Assembly (NCBI GenBank): GCA_022825895.1
Contig: JAJDVX010000007.1
Span: forward strand, 2,960-66,959
Direction of reading: 5' to 3'
DNA length: 64,000 bases
From: Chloroflexota bacterium
Lineage (GTDB): Bacteria; Chloroflexota; UBA11872
Part shown: positions 16,372 to 26,210 of the stretch, piece after piece
How the letters are laid out: every line of letters begins with the position of its first letter
Position numbering within the stretch: position 1 is the first letter of the stretch
Notes under the pieces: generated by a model
Told to the model about the DNA's origin: nothing
The model's database searches: none
What the model saw: only the letters and a program-made list of their open reading frames with translations
Translations under genes and position numbers: made by a program

Positions 16372-17946
16372 GTGAGAACGGTGACGCTATCCTCCGGCAT
16401 GGACATCCCTCGCCTGAACCTCCCGGAGCGCTTCGTCCCCAGCCGGGTCTTGACGCACCAAAACCTACCGCGGGATGGGCCGATGACCTTAGCCAATCTT
16501 GAAGGCGCCGGCTGCATTCGCCGCATATTCGTGGCAACGGTCCGCCGCCCCTCGCCGGGAAACCAACGGCAAACCGTGCTGCGGATGTTCTGGGACGGCT
16601 CGAATACGCCAGCCGTGGAAGCGCCGTTGGGCGACTTCTTCGGACAGCTACACGGTCTGCCGCCGTACCCGCTCAACTCGCGCTACTTGATCTCACAAGC
16701 CCATGCCGGCTACACGGCCACGTTCCCCATGCCGTTTGCGCACGGCGCTCGGATAGAGGCCGAGGCGGGACCGGACGTTGACCCTCCACGAATCATCATC
16801 TTCGTCGACTGGCACGCCTATCCAGACGGCGCGCTAGAAGAGTCGCTGCGCTTCCACGCGCAGTTCCGGCGCGAAAACCCGTGCGAGGCCTTTGGCCGCA
16901 ACTATCTCCTGCTGGACACCGTCGGCCGCGGCTACTTCCTTGGCTTCAACTATGGCGTGGCCGTACGTGACAGTCGTGCCCGCTGGTCGCATGCCGGGGC
17001 CGAGAACATCTACATCGCCAACGAGTCCGGCGCGCCCGAGGGAACATTTGCCTACCTACGCGGCGGCGGCGGCGAGGACACATTCGGCGCCTCCTACGGC
17101 GGCGTGCTGCACAAGCCCTCGACGCACCTGGATCAAGGCGTGCCCTACTACGCGCAGGAAGATCTTGGCCCAGCCTTCGCACGACACACGCTCGCGGCCT
17201 ACCGGTTCTTCGCGTCCGACGCCGTTCCGTTCGAACAGTCCATCCACATTCGGTTCGGCTCGATGGCCAACGACATCTGCAGTACGGCGTACTGGTACCA
17301 GGAACCGCCGCATCGACCATTCGTTCGGTTACCGGGCTGGGACCGGTTGCTGCGCGGTGCCGACCTACCGTACAGATCCACAGGTGCGCCCGATTTCCCA
17401 TCGCGCTGGATGGTTCACGGCCCGTTCCATCCCAATGCGACGCCAGCGCTGCACACCGCCGCGGACCTCGGCGATACCAGCGCATCCCTCCGGGACACCG
17501 GTTATTCCGCCGAATCGCCCTGGCGGCATGAAGGCCGGCATGTGGCTCGCTGGGTTCCCGCCGAGGACCTTCACGGCTTCGTTGACTTCGGTCTCACCTT
17601 CCGCCCGTCGGATCCCGGCAATTCCGTCACCTGGCCGGCCGTGGGCCTGGCGCAGTCTTGGCTGTACGTCGACACCGACACGGACACGATTCTGCACATT
17701 GGGTGGGCGCACGAGCTGCAAGTGCGCATAGGCGATGCTCCCTGGAAACCAGTAGGACGACACGCCTATTTCCAGAACGCCAGGCATGGCGTGCATCTGC
17801 GCGCTGGCTGGAATCGGCTGCAAGTCATTCTCGACAGCCCCGAGTCGGGCATCGAGGGAACGACCTGGGGCGCCTGGACGTTTGCGTTGCGCGCGGTAGA
17901 CGGCCATGGGCGCGAGATCACGCTGAATCTCGAGCCGACGCCTTAG
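16372..17946 (+). CDS. DUF2961-like (GH172-like) protein
   Basis: 524 aa. The segment LEGAGCIRRIFVAT...LRMFWDGSNTPAVEAPLGDFFG matches my recollection of the DUF2961 signature. Confidence 0.55.
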   Translation: MRTVTLSSGMDIPRLNLPERFVPSRVLTHQNLPRDGPMTLANLEGAGCIRRIFVATVRRPSPGNQRQTVLRMFWDGSNTPAVEAPLGDFFGQLHGLPPYPLNSRYLISQAHAGYTATFPMPFAHGARIEAEAGPDVDPPRIIIFVDWHAYPDGALEESLRFHAQFRRENPCEAFGRNYLLLDTVGRGYFLGFNYGVAVRDSRARWSHAGAENIYIANESGAPEGTFAYLRGGGGEDTFGASYGGVLHKPSTHLDQGVPYYAQEDLGPAFARHTLAAYRFFASDAVPFEQSIHIRFGSMANDICSTAYWYQEPPHRPFVRLPGWDRLLRGADLPYRSTGAPDFPSRWMVHGPFHPNATPALHTAADLGDTSASLRDTGYSAESPWRHEGRHVARWVPAEDLHGFVDFGLTFRPSDPGNSVTWPAVGLAQSWLYVDTDTDTILHIGWAHELQVRIGDAPWKPVGRHAYFQNARHGVHLRAGWNRLQVILDSPESGIEGTTWGAWTFALRAVDGHGREITLNLEPTP

Positions 17947-18032
17947 GCCGCATCGACCGCCGCAGTTCACCAGTGGAAGTTGGCTTAGGCCGGATCGCGG
18001 CTTGAACTTGCGCCCCGGATTCCCGGCCTGGG

Positions 18033-18106
18033 TCGGGGAGGCGAGATTTGAACTCGCGACCTCGGCGTCCCAAACGCCGCGCGCTGCCAGGCTGCGCCAC
18101 TCCCCG
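18033..18106 (-). tRNA. tRNA-Pro (anticodon TGG)
   Basis: The reverse complement CGGGGAGTGGCGCAGCCTGGCAGCGCGCGGCGTTTGGGACGCCGAGGTCGCGAGTTCAAATCTCGCCTCCCCGA folds as a cloverleaf. The anticodon stem is CGGCG/CGCCG with loop TTTGGGA, and the T loop is TTCAAAT. Confidence 0.9.
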
Positions 18107-18237
18107 TATTCGCCCATCCTATCGCCAGGGAATAGCGGATGGGCCAAATGCCCAGTTGGAGTCTATGCGGCGTGTGAATGGTCAGCCGAGGCGAGCTGTC
18201 GGTAACGCCGCAGGGCCCGAGCCCTGAGCCACCAGTC

Positions 18238-20103
18238 TTACCCTGAAGGCGCGTCGGGGTCCGACGGAACGCCCGGCACCTTGGTCGCGCCCCACCGCGC
18301 CGCCTCTTCCTGGTTTTCGTCCACCCATTTGTTGAATGCCACGGGAAATCTTTCCCGTGCTTCGTCAATGCCTACGACATACCGGTTAGGCCACGCCTCG
18401 TAGGTCGAGAGGAAGGTGCCGGTCCGGGTCTCACCATCGGCCAGGACGACGGTGCGGGTGATCGAGGCCTTTACGCCCTCCTTGGCGTATTCCAACTGAT
18501 CCTCAAAGTCCGGCTCTTCCTCACTATTCACAATGCCTTCGTCGGGCGGTGGGTCTTCCCAATCCCAGAGTCGCGGCTTGTTCAGGGTGACTTTCCGGCC
18601 GTCGGCGGTACCCCAAATCTCGAAATCCAGGGTCGCAAGCCGCCGGTCGATCAGCACGCGCAACATAATCGGGTTTTCGAAGTCGTTCCTGAACTTGAGG
18701 TCGATTCCAGGGGAGAAAATCGTCGAGTCGTAGCCGATCGGCAAACCGCCCATCTCGTAGTAGCGCACCCGATAAAGGTGCGGCCAGCGCTCTTCAATTG
18801 GCAACCCGGCAGCCAGGGCAGCGCGAAACAGCGTGGTGGAAACCTGACAAATGCCACCGCCGATCCCCTGCTCCGTCCGGTCCTCCACGATCACGCTGCC
18901 TTCCACCCAGCCTTCGGCTTTCGTGAACGCGCCAATCCGCTCGTTGAAGGAAAACGTGTCGCCCGGTCGCACGATCATTCCATCCAGCTTGGCCGCGCCC
19001 ACCGCAATGTTGTGGTCCCGGTAGTCTGGCGAGCCCTTGTAGATCGACGAACCGACGCCAAGCAGATCCTTGATGCCCAGGGCGTTCGAAGACGTGTCGA
19101 ACTCCTTGTTCAACAGGATCACAGGGACTTGCACACGCCGCTCACCCGGCCGATGCACGGCGTCCAGGATGTCTCGTTCCAATGCCGGCCGATCGAGTCG
19201 CTGCCCTGGATGGCCGGGCTGAAAGGCCAACACCCGATCCTGTTTCTCGTCAAACTCGAACATCCCCTGCCGCGGCTCGGCGGAAAGCGTGTCTTCCATC
19301 TTCAAGAACAGGTCGTTGAATCGCGTGACCTCGATGCCGGGATGTATGCCTGTCTCGTTGATCCGTATTTCCACTGCCGCCGTCAGTTGCGCCGGCTCCA
19401 GCGTCCAGCCGCCAGATCCATGCTCAAGCCAGATCGGTCGGCCAATCATCTGGCGCACGGTCTCCAACGCCGCTTCAGCGTCAGCGGTCGTCACGGCCGG
19501 TTCGTCTTGGCGATAGCCCAGGTCAACTACATGGCCCACAGCCCGATGTGCCAACCCGGCCTCCAGCTCAATCAGCGCCTGCTCCACATCCACGACGCGG
19601 CCAGCCTGGCCCGGCGTCAGACTCATCCGCCCATCGTTGCGAACCTGTAACGCCGCATTTGCCGAGGGCTGGTCGAACCCGGCCGCAAGGGCCTGCAGGT
19701 AGCTGCGAGCCACGGTCCGGTCATACGTAACGACTGGGGTCGCGGGATTAGTGCCCGACGCCTCCCCGGCCAGACGTTTCAGCACCCCACCGGCCACGCG
19801 CGACGAAACGAGTTCACGCAGCGGCGTCCGAAAGTCAGCTCGAAGACCTATGTCGGCGCCGGCTGGCCGCCAGGTTCGACCGTCCAACTTGAAGACGACG
19901 GGACTGTCAAGAAAAGGTCGCCAGGTTGCCTCCAGGCGCTGCAGCGCCTCTTCAGGCTTGAGCCCGGAAACGTCAACTCCGCCAACGCTTGCCCCAGCCG
20001 CAAGCTCGTCCGTCTGCCTCGCCAACAGGGTGACGACAAATGCCGCGGGAGCTGCGGCTACGGCGCTCCCGAGCCCGGCCACAAGCAGTGTGCGACGGTT
20101 CAT
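18238..20103 (-). CDS. VanW-family protein (N-terminal membrane anchor)
   Basis: 621 aa. The VanW core is RPGDTFSFNERIGAFTKAEGWVEG...GIGGGICQVSTTLFRAALAAGLPIEERWPHLYRVRYYE. The N-terminal anchor is RRTLLVAGLGSAVAAAPAAFVV. Confidence 0.75.
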   Translation of the reverse strand: MNRRTLLVAGLGSAVAAAPAAFVVTLLARQTDELAAGASVGGVDVSGLKPEEALQRLEATWRPFLDSPVVFKLDGRTWRPAGADIGLRADFRTPLRELVSSRVAGGVLKRLAGEASGTNPATPVVTYDRTVARSYLQALAAGFDQPSANAALQVRNDGRMSLTPGQAGRVVDVEQALIELEAGLAHRAVGHVVDLGYRQDEPAVTTADAEAALETVRQMIGRPIWLEHGSGGWTLEPAQLTAAVEIRINETGIHPGIEVTRFNDLFLKMEDTLSAEPRQGMFEFDEKQDRVLAFQPGHPGQRLDRPALERDILDAVHRPGERRVQVPVILLNKEFDTSSNALGIKDLLGVGSSIYKGSPDYRDHNIAVGAAKLDGMIVRPGDTFSFNERIGAFTKAEGWVEGSVIVEDRTEQGIGGGICQVSTTLFRAALAAGLPIEERWPHLYRVRYYEMGGLPIGYDSTIFSPGIDLKFRNDFENPIMLRVLIDRRLATLDFEIWGTADGRKVTLNKPRLWDWEDPPPDEGIVNSEEEPDFEDQLEYAKEGVKASITRTVVLADGETRTGTFLSTYEAWPNRYVVGIDEARERFPVAFNKWVDENQEEAARWGATKVPGVPSDPDAPSG

Positions 20104-20256
20104 TGCACGTGATTCACGCGCCGATCAATTCTCGACGGCGACGGATTGATTTCACGACGTCCAGTCTAACGAGTGGCCGCCAAGGTCGCCTTGCGACCCG
20201 GATCGCTTAACCCCGGATCGTCGTAAGCCAGGAAGTGGGCGAATTCCGGTCGACGA

Positions 20257-20589
20257 TCAGGGAACCGTGGGGCCGCTACGTGCGCCGAACTGCGCTGTGT
20301 CCTTCTGGCCCGCACCCACAGCCGGAAAAGCGAAAGGAGTCACCTCTGCGGGCGGCGGCTTCTCGGCACAGGCGGACAGCGCACCTGCCAGCAGCATGCC
20401 GGAAATTGTGAGCAGCGCGCTTCTCCGACTAACACCGGGACAGACATTTTTGCCACGCCTGAACCTCGCGGCTGACTCCCGAACTGACAAAGCCTTCGGT
20501 CCGGCCCTGCGTCGCATCGCGATTCGAACCTCCATCTGTCTTGTCCCTCGTTGGCCTACGGATCGCGGATCGACATCGAGCCGAGGCAC
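20257..20589 (-). CDS. Possible small lipoprotein (start uncertain)
   Basis: It contains SRRSALLTISGMLLAGALSAC, which looks like a lipobox after a hydrophobic segment. There is no other support. Confidence 0.25.
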   Translation of the reverse strand: MPRLDVDPRSVGQRGTRQMEVRIAMRRRAGPKALSVRESAARFRRGKNVCPGVSRRSALLTISGMLLAGALSACAEKPPPAEVTPFAFPAVGAGQKDTAQFGARSGPTVP

Positions 20590-20883
20590 CAGCTGCAGCG
20601 TCCGGCGAAGCTCCGCACCCTACACGGATTCAAAGCCATGGCAAATCCCTGGACTCCTCGAGATGATTCTGGTCCAGACTAGATATCGCTTGCTCACTTC
20701 CGGTCAAGATAAGCCACTTGACGTGTAGTTCGAAATAGAACAAGCTGCATTTGCACGCACGGTGATTTGAGGCAAGCGTCGACCGGCGTCGGGTACTCCG
20801 AACCTTTGGTGGAGCGTCGCCGGGAGGATAGTGGCCGAAGACCGGCGCAACCTGAAGTCGCTTGCTTCCAGGGAGGGGAACGC

Positions 20884-22407
20884 ATGAGCAATCGCCCGTC
20901 AAGGCGCACTATTCTCCGCGCTGCCGGCACAGGTGCCATTGGCGTTAGCGGCATGGCAATCCTGGCGGCCTGCGGTGAGTCGGAGCCCGAACCTGAACCT
21001 GCGGCACCCGCGGCAGCAGCGGCCGCTCCTGCGGCGGCACCCGCGCAGCCGGCCGCGACACCTGCGCCCGCAATGACCGAGGCGCCCCAGCCGGAAACCG
21101 TCACCCTCAGCTATGTCGGCGACCACACGTCCGGCCCACGCGGCGCGGCCATGCAGTGGGGACTCAAACAGTACGCCAGCCTGCGGCCGAACATCTTCGT
21201 CAAGTTCATTCCGCAACCGGCCGACTACGCCACCAGCGTGTTCCCGTTGCAGATGGCCGCCGGCACCCAGGCGGAAGTGGCCATGCTTGACGGCGGCATG
21301 CTCGGCGCCTTCGTCAACGACGGTGGCTTCACCCAAATCAACGACGGCCTGGCCAAGCGCGACGACTACGTCCCCGAGGACTACTACTTCATCCCCGACC
21401 TGTATACCGTCAATCACGACCACGCCCACGACGAGGGGTCAAATCCCTCCAACGTAATAGAGGGCGCGCAGTTTGGAATGCCGTTCCAGGGCGCGCTCGG
21501 CGGCATCGTGATGAACACCACGATGGGCGAGGAGTACGGCGTCCAGTTCCCCAGCGAGGGATGGACCTACGAGAACGAGTTTCTTGAGTCCTGCAAGCAG
21601 GTAACCGATCCCGACATCGACCAGTGGGGCACTTGGGCCCACAACGGCTACGAATTCCACTGGAGCCCCATGGCGTTCATGTCGGGTGCCACGGCCATGC
21701 GCAATGCGGACGAGACCGAGTTGGCCGTCTTTGACAACGGCGGCGACTTCGGTCTGAACTTCTCGGTGGGTCTGATCCACAAGGAGAATGTCTCCTTCCC
21801 ACTCGCCGACAACAAGCGGTTGGCGGGTGAGTTCGGCAACCCGTTCGCCGCCGGCAAGGTGTGGTCTTGGCTAAGCTCCGTGGTGTACACCACCGGCTAC
21901 CACGTCCCACGCATCAAGGACCGCTTCAAGTGGTCGCTCGGCCCCATGCCGCTCGCGTCGCTCGGCGAGGAAATCCACGAGTGGAACGACCAACCGCACT
22001 TGGTCACGAACGGCGCGCAGCGCTACGGGACCATCGAGGAAGCGATCGACCTCATTCTGTTCCTCGGGGGACCGGTCTATCAGGGCCGCGTGGCAATTGA
22101 CCGTGGCCACCTGCCCATGCATCGGGGCGTATACGATTCGACCGAGGCCAAGGCGCCGCCGCCCGAGGGTATGGAGTGGCTCAAGGCCTACGCTGATGTT
22201 GGCAACGTCAACCGCCATCTCATGATGGCGCTCCCCGCCTGGTGGGAGATGTACGAGTGGCGCAAGACGCCAGACGCCGCCTACCTGGGCGACAAGTCCG
22301 TCGACCAAGTAATTGAGGAGGCCAAGAACCTCGTACGGACGTCGCTTGCCGGTCAGCGCGACCTGCTCAACGAGGGTCGCCAGAAGTTCGGCTTCCCGCC
22401 GCTCTAG
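20884..22407 (+). CDS. ABC-transporter-type extracellular solute-binding protein (family 1) with a Tat-like lipoprotein signal. It is an orphan: no permease or ATPase gene is nearby.
   Basis: Protein from MSNRPSRRTILRAAGTGAIGVSGMAILAACGE. GGAGGGG lies upstream of the ATG at 20884. The mature part has an SBP-like pattern and has paralogues downstream. Confidence 0.75.
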   Translation: MSNRPSRRTILRAAGTGAIGVSGMAILAACGESEPEPEPAAPAAAAAAPAAAPAQPAATPAPAMTEAPQPETVTLSYVGDHTSGPRGAAMQWGLKQYASLRPNIFVKFIPQPADYATSVFPLQMAAGTQAEVAMLDGGMLGAFVNDGGFTQINDGLAKRDDYVPEDYYFIPDLYTVNHDHAHDEGSNPSNVIEGAQFGMPFQGALGGIVMNTTMGEEYGVQFPSEGWTYENEFLESCKQVTDPDIDQWGTWAHNGYEFHWSPMAFMSGATAMRNADETELAVFDNGGDFGLNFSVGLIHKENVSFPLADNKRLAGEFGNPFAAGKVWSWLSSVVYTTGYHVPRIKDRFKWSLGPMPLASLGEEIHEWNDQPHLVTNGAQRYGTIEEAIDLILFLGGPVYQGRVAIDRGHLPMHRGVYDSTEAKAPPPEGMEWLKAYADVGNVNRHLMMALPAWWEMYEWRKTPDAAYLGDKSVDQVIEEAKNLVRTSLAGQRDLLNEGRQKFGFPPL

Positions 22408-22442
22408 ACTTGGCCAGCGTCCTTCCATCGGACGCCGACAGA

Positions 22443-22480
22443 ATCAAGGCCCGGCGCTTCGGCGCCGGGCCTTGATCTTT
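22443..22480 (+). terminator. Rho-independent terminator after the SBP gene (between convergent genes)
   Basis: A perfect 15-bp stem ATCAAGGCCCGGCGC / GCGCCGGGCCTTGAT with loop TTCG, followed by CTTT. Confidence 0.7.
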
Positions 22481-22599
22481 GGATCGCTCACGCGCAGCCG
22501 CCACTGGCTTTCTGAGATCAGGCCGAGAGAATGCCGTATGCAAGGATCGTGGACGCGAGGTATCGAGACGCACAGCACCACTGACGCCGCGCGGCGGGG

Positions 22600-22806
22600 C
22601 TACATGCGCGTACGCAGCCGGTTCGTTCGCTCTTCGCTATATGGGAATGGGTTGTCGCGGGTTCCGGCGCCTTCGTCTTCCGGGGCACAGGCCGCTACCC
22701 AAACCGTGGCTGCAACAGCGGCGCCCAACGTCAACAGCCGGCGTCGCTGGATTCGCGTACCAGCCCAGGATGCAGTCTGGACTCGTCGATCCGTGTCGTT
22801 GGCCAT
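22600..22806 (-). CDS. Small Tat-signal lipoprotein ORF, or the N-terminal remnant of a solute-binding protein gene
   Basis: 68 aa with RRRLLTLGAAVAATVWVAAC (twin-Arg plus lipobox). The mature part is only ~30 aa. Confidence 0.3.
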   Translation of the reverse strand: MANDTDRRVQTASWAGTRIQRRRLLTLGAAVAATVWVAACAPEDEGAGTRDNPFPYSEERTNRLRTRM

Positions 22807-22973
22807 AAGAACCTCGCGAGTGCGGATGCAGCCTCAACTATGGCCTTGAAGTATATCCGCACTACATCAACGCAATGCGGCCTATGCAGACCCGCACATC
22901 CCGGAGCGCCTCGCCCCAGACCTTCGACTCAAGCCCCAATTACACAGCCGGCGGTGCAGGTTTCGTCATGCGA

Positions 22974-23213
22974 CTATGTACCGCCACTCGGCTGGTACTC
23001 CTGCCGCAGCCGTTCGCGCTCCTGCGGGTCGTACTCATAAGTTCCCCGCGCCCGCGTGCGGGCGAACTTGTAGTACCCGTCCTCATCGCGTGACGAGTCG
23101 CCCAGGCAAGCACCCAAAACTCCGCCGCTCGCCGCGACGAGAGTCGAAACCGACGCCGCACGCAGCAACCGCCGCCGTGCTATCTGCTCAGGTGCTGTGA
23201 TGTAAGCAGCCAT
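22974..23213 (-). CDS. Small Tat-signal lipoprotein ORF, or the N-terminal remnant of a solute-binding protein gene
   Basis: 79 aa with ARRRLLRAASVSTLVAASGGVLGAC. The short charged mature part has YEYDPQERERLRQ, which resembles FPYSEERTNRLR in the neighbouring ORF. Confidence 0.3.
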   Translation of the reverse strand: MAAYITAPEQIARRRLLRAASVSTLVAASGGVLGACLGDSSRDEDGYYKFARTRARGTYEYDPQERERLRQEYQPSGGT

Positions 23214-23535
23214 CGCTTCGATCTCGACTCCGCCTCGCGCACGCCCAATCCTACGCGAACGGCCGCTCGGCTGTCGGGCACGATACGGCAGTTGCGTCCG
23301 CCCTTCATCGTCAAGCGTGCCAAAAGCACTACACGAACATGGAGAGCTACAACTCGGACGCCAATGCCCACGTCAGCCTTGGTCGCAAAGGCACACGCGG
23401 GCGCCTCCTGTTCAAGCTTGCTCGCCGCGGACGTGGCCTGGCGGGCGATGTCTCCAGCCACCAAGTCCTTGGCGCCAGCCGCGACGAGGGCTACCGCGCC
23501 CGCCTGGTCGGCCGGCACGGCACTGAAGTCGTCCC

Positions 23536-25104
23536 CTATGGATACACCGGCGCACTCACAAATGGCTGCAGATGCCCATAGCTCGACAGGTGTTCAACGC
23601 CCCACGCATGGCATAGCTCCAGCGCCTCCGCCGGCGACTGCTCGCCCGTCCAGCCCTTATGCCCCAGAGTCCGGTTGCGCTGCCACCACGCCCACCACGT
23701 GCCGAAGTAAAACCGACTGCGGTTGGCAGGGCGGTCTGCGTACGCCTTCATCCACTGCATCCCGTCCGGCGGAGGTGCCACCGATGTGGGCGAACCGATA
23801 GCGGCCTTGTGCACCGGCATATGCCCGCGCTCGATTCCGACACGGCCTTGATAATCCTCACCTGCCAGAAACACGGCCAGCACGGTCGCCGGTTCTTCCA
23901 GCCCATCGCGCGTGGCGCTGCTGCTGACCAGGTTTGGTGTGTCAGTTACGAGGTGCGCGGGCGGACCGCCGCGCATGGCTACAGCTTCCGGCAGCAGTGT
24001 CCAGCGAAAACGTTCCTTGATCTTTGCAAGTCCGTAGCCGGTTGAGAACGCCCGCCCCCCGGGCCAAATCCCAATCTTGCCCGCGGCAAAGGGATTGGAC
24101 TGGTCGCCGGAAACCGTAGGCGTCTCATCGTATGCCGGCGACGTGCGATGCACAGTAATCTTGCCGATTCAGTATTCCCAAGCCTCCAGCGCTTCCGGCT
24201 GATCGAACATCGTCTTGGTCAAGCCGTCGTCAAATGGCTTCCTCAGTCCATTGGAGTACATCAGCGGCATGTACTGGTGGTGATAGTCCTGACGTGCCCA
24301 CGTCCCATAGGTGCCAGCTTCAGGATCTGTCATCTTCGCGTCCCACTCAGACTAGTCGGCCCGTGTCCATGAATTCTCGCTGTCCGGCAGGCTCACGCCT
24401 GCGACGTCGGCCAGCGTGCCATTGGCGACAAGACCGCTGATTTCGATCTGGAATGGCATGCCGAACTGCAGCCCCTGCATGAGTCTTGGAGACGGGGACG
24501 AGTGGTCAAGGTCATTCCACGTATATGTATCCAGGACAAAATAGTAGTCCTCTTTCACCACGTTCATCTGACTTAACAAGCCGGATATCTCCACAAATGC
24601 GTCGTCACCCAAAAGGGGCAAAAAATCTGCCTGTTGCATCTGGGCTACGTGCGGCGCTGTGCCCGCCACAAGGCGAGTCACGAAGCCATCTTCCGGCTCC
24701 ACCGTTACCCTTATGTCTGGTCGCTCATCGCCAAAGCGCCGCAATCCCCACTGCATCGCTGCGCCGCGCGGTCCGGCTCTGCTGGCGGTCGCGAAGGCAA
24801 CTTCTACAGAGCCCCGTTGAGCTGGCAGTTCGCTAGGGGCCGGCGTGTCAGCCTTTGCGTCCAGGTCCCCTATCGGGACCGACGCTTGCGTATCGGCTGG
24901 CGTCGTTTCGGTCCCTTCGCCGGTTGGCGCCACGACCTTGTCGACACCGCCAGCCGAGCTGCAGGCCGCCAGTGCTAGTGTTCCGCCAACCCCCAATCCC
25001 AATCGTCCCAGCAGACTCGCCGCCTGCCGCCGTGAAACCCGCGATTCCAAACCCGTCGGCCGCCCGGCATCCACCATCAGTCGCCCGCGCGCCACGTTCC
25101 GCAA
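23536..25104 (-). pseudogene. Disrupted paralogue of the 20884..22407 solute-binding protein (one frameshift plus one in-frame TGA)
   Basis: The N-terminal piece is 24352..25104 (Tat/lipobox signal, ...GPRGAAMQWGLRRF...). The hand-translated middle piece SEWDAKMTDPEAGTYGTWARQDYHHQYMPLMYSNG...EAWEY is in a different frame. An in-frame TGA at 24169-24171 precedes the C-terminal piece 23536..24153 (NPFAAGK...PPPDGMQWMKAYADRP...). All three pieces align by eye to the intact paralogue. Confidence 0.7.
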
Positions 25105-25110
25105 CTCCAG

Positions 25111-25350
25111 CTACGGATAAACCGGCTCCCGCACAAACGGCGCGGGCCCCTCACAGTTCGACAGAATCTCAACACCCCAAGCTTGGCACGCCGCCAGCGC
25201 CTCCGCCGGAGCTTGCCTGCCGTCCCAGCCAGCCTTCCCGACTTCCTGGTGCCGGATCCACCAGTCACGCCAGAAACTAAAGGGAAACAGCCGCCGGTTG
25301 TCCGGCCGGTCGGCGTAGATCTTCAACCACTTCATTCCGTCAGGTAGCGG
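25111..25350 (-). pseudogene. 3' remnant (~80 codons) of another solute-binding protein paralogue
   Basis: VPLPDGMKWLKIYADRPDNRRLF...WGVEILSNCEGPAPFVREPVYP* parallels the C-terminus of the neighbouring pseudogene (PPPDGMQWMKAYADRPANRSRF...FVSAPVYP*). Similarity stops at an in-frame TAG just upstream. Confidence 0.6.
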
Positions 25351-25463
25351 AACATGAGGATTTCGGTGGCCAGTCTAGTGCGTTGCATTGAAGTCCCTGT
25401 CGGATACAGATAAGTGCCGACACAACATGGCCGCCCTCCCACCCCGCCGGATATCCTGCCGCC

Positions 25464-26210
25464 ATGGCCACCCGACGCCGGTCCACCCGCGCCCGGAAAA
25501 GGACATTCGCGATCCGCCGCTGGCGCGAGTCCAGGGCCGTCCGCCGCGCCCGCGCCGCTGAAATCGTCCGCCGCCTGCGCGAGCTATACCCCGAAGCCGC
25601 CGCCGAGCTGAACTACCGCAACCCCTTCCAGTTCCTCATTGCCGTTATCCTCTCCGCACAGACCACCGACGTGACCGTCAACCGCGTCACCCCGGAACTC
25701 TTCCGCCGCTATCCCACGCCCCACGCCCTAGCTGCCGCTCCTCAGCTCGAAGTAGAAGAGGTTATCCGCCAGACTGGCTTCTTCCGCAGCAAGGCCCGGG
25801 CCATCCGCGAAACCGCCGCCCAGCTGATTCACGAATTCGACGGCGAAGTCCCCCGCACCATGCCCGAACTGCTGCGCCTCCGCGGCGTCGCCCGCAAGAC
25901 CGCCAACGTCGTCCTTGGCGAGGCCTTCGGCATCCCCAGCGGCGTCGTCGTCGATACCCATGTCAAGCGCCTGTCCCAGCGCCTCGGCCTCAGCCGCGCC
26001 ACCGACCCCGTCAAGATCGAGCGCGACCTCACCGAAACCTTGGACCAGGACGACTGGATCTTCGCCGGCATCGCCGTCATCTGGCATGGACGCCGTGTCT
26101 GCGACGCCCGCAAGCCCGACTGCGAAGGCTGCTTTCTCAACGACATCTGCCCCTCGTCCACCGCGCCGGTCCGACCGGCCAAATCTCCGTTCCAGGCGGT
26201 CACGGCATGA
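25464..26210 (+). CDS. nth: Endonuclease III (DNA glycosylase/AP lyase)
   Basis: Motifs: NPFQFLIAVILSAQTTD; HhH-GPD LRLRGVARKTANVVLGEAFG...VVDTHVKRL; Fe-S cluster CDARKPDCEGCFLNDIC. There is an Arg-rich N-terminal extension. Confidence 0.85.
   Translation: MATRRRSTRARKRTFAIRRWRESRAVRRARAAEIVRRLRELYPEAAAELNYRNPFQFLIAVILSAQTTDVTVNRVTPELFRRYPTPHALAAAPQLEVEEVIRQTGFFRSKARAIRETAAQLIHEFDGEVPRTMPELLRLRGVARKTANVVLGEAFGIPSGVVVDTHVKRLSQRLGLSRATDPVKIERDLTETLDQDDWIFAGIAVIWHGRRVCDARKPDCEGCFLNDICPSSTAPVRPAKSPFQAVTA

Noticed and set aside
18211-18226. Hairpin CAGGGC-CCGA-GCCCTG downstream of the VanW gene
   Set aside because: The stem is only 6 bp with no U-tract, and such a hairpin could arise by chance in GC-rich DNA.
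20505-20545. GATTCGAACC string resembling a tRNA T-arm
   Set aside because: The flanking bases do not form a T stem (GGAGG versus CGCGA) or an acceptor stem.
20719-20750. TTGACG as a -35 box upstream of the SBP gene
   Set aside because: No acceptable -10 hexamer lies at 16-18 nt spacing, so it cannot be supported by eye.
24169-24171. In-frame TGA in the SBP paralogue as selenocysteine or read-through
   Set aside because: The same gene also has a frameshift about 190 nt upstream, no SECIS-like hairpin is evident, and a neighbouring copy is truncated. Decay is the simpler explanation.
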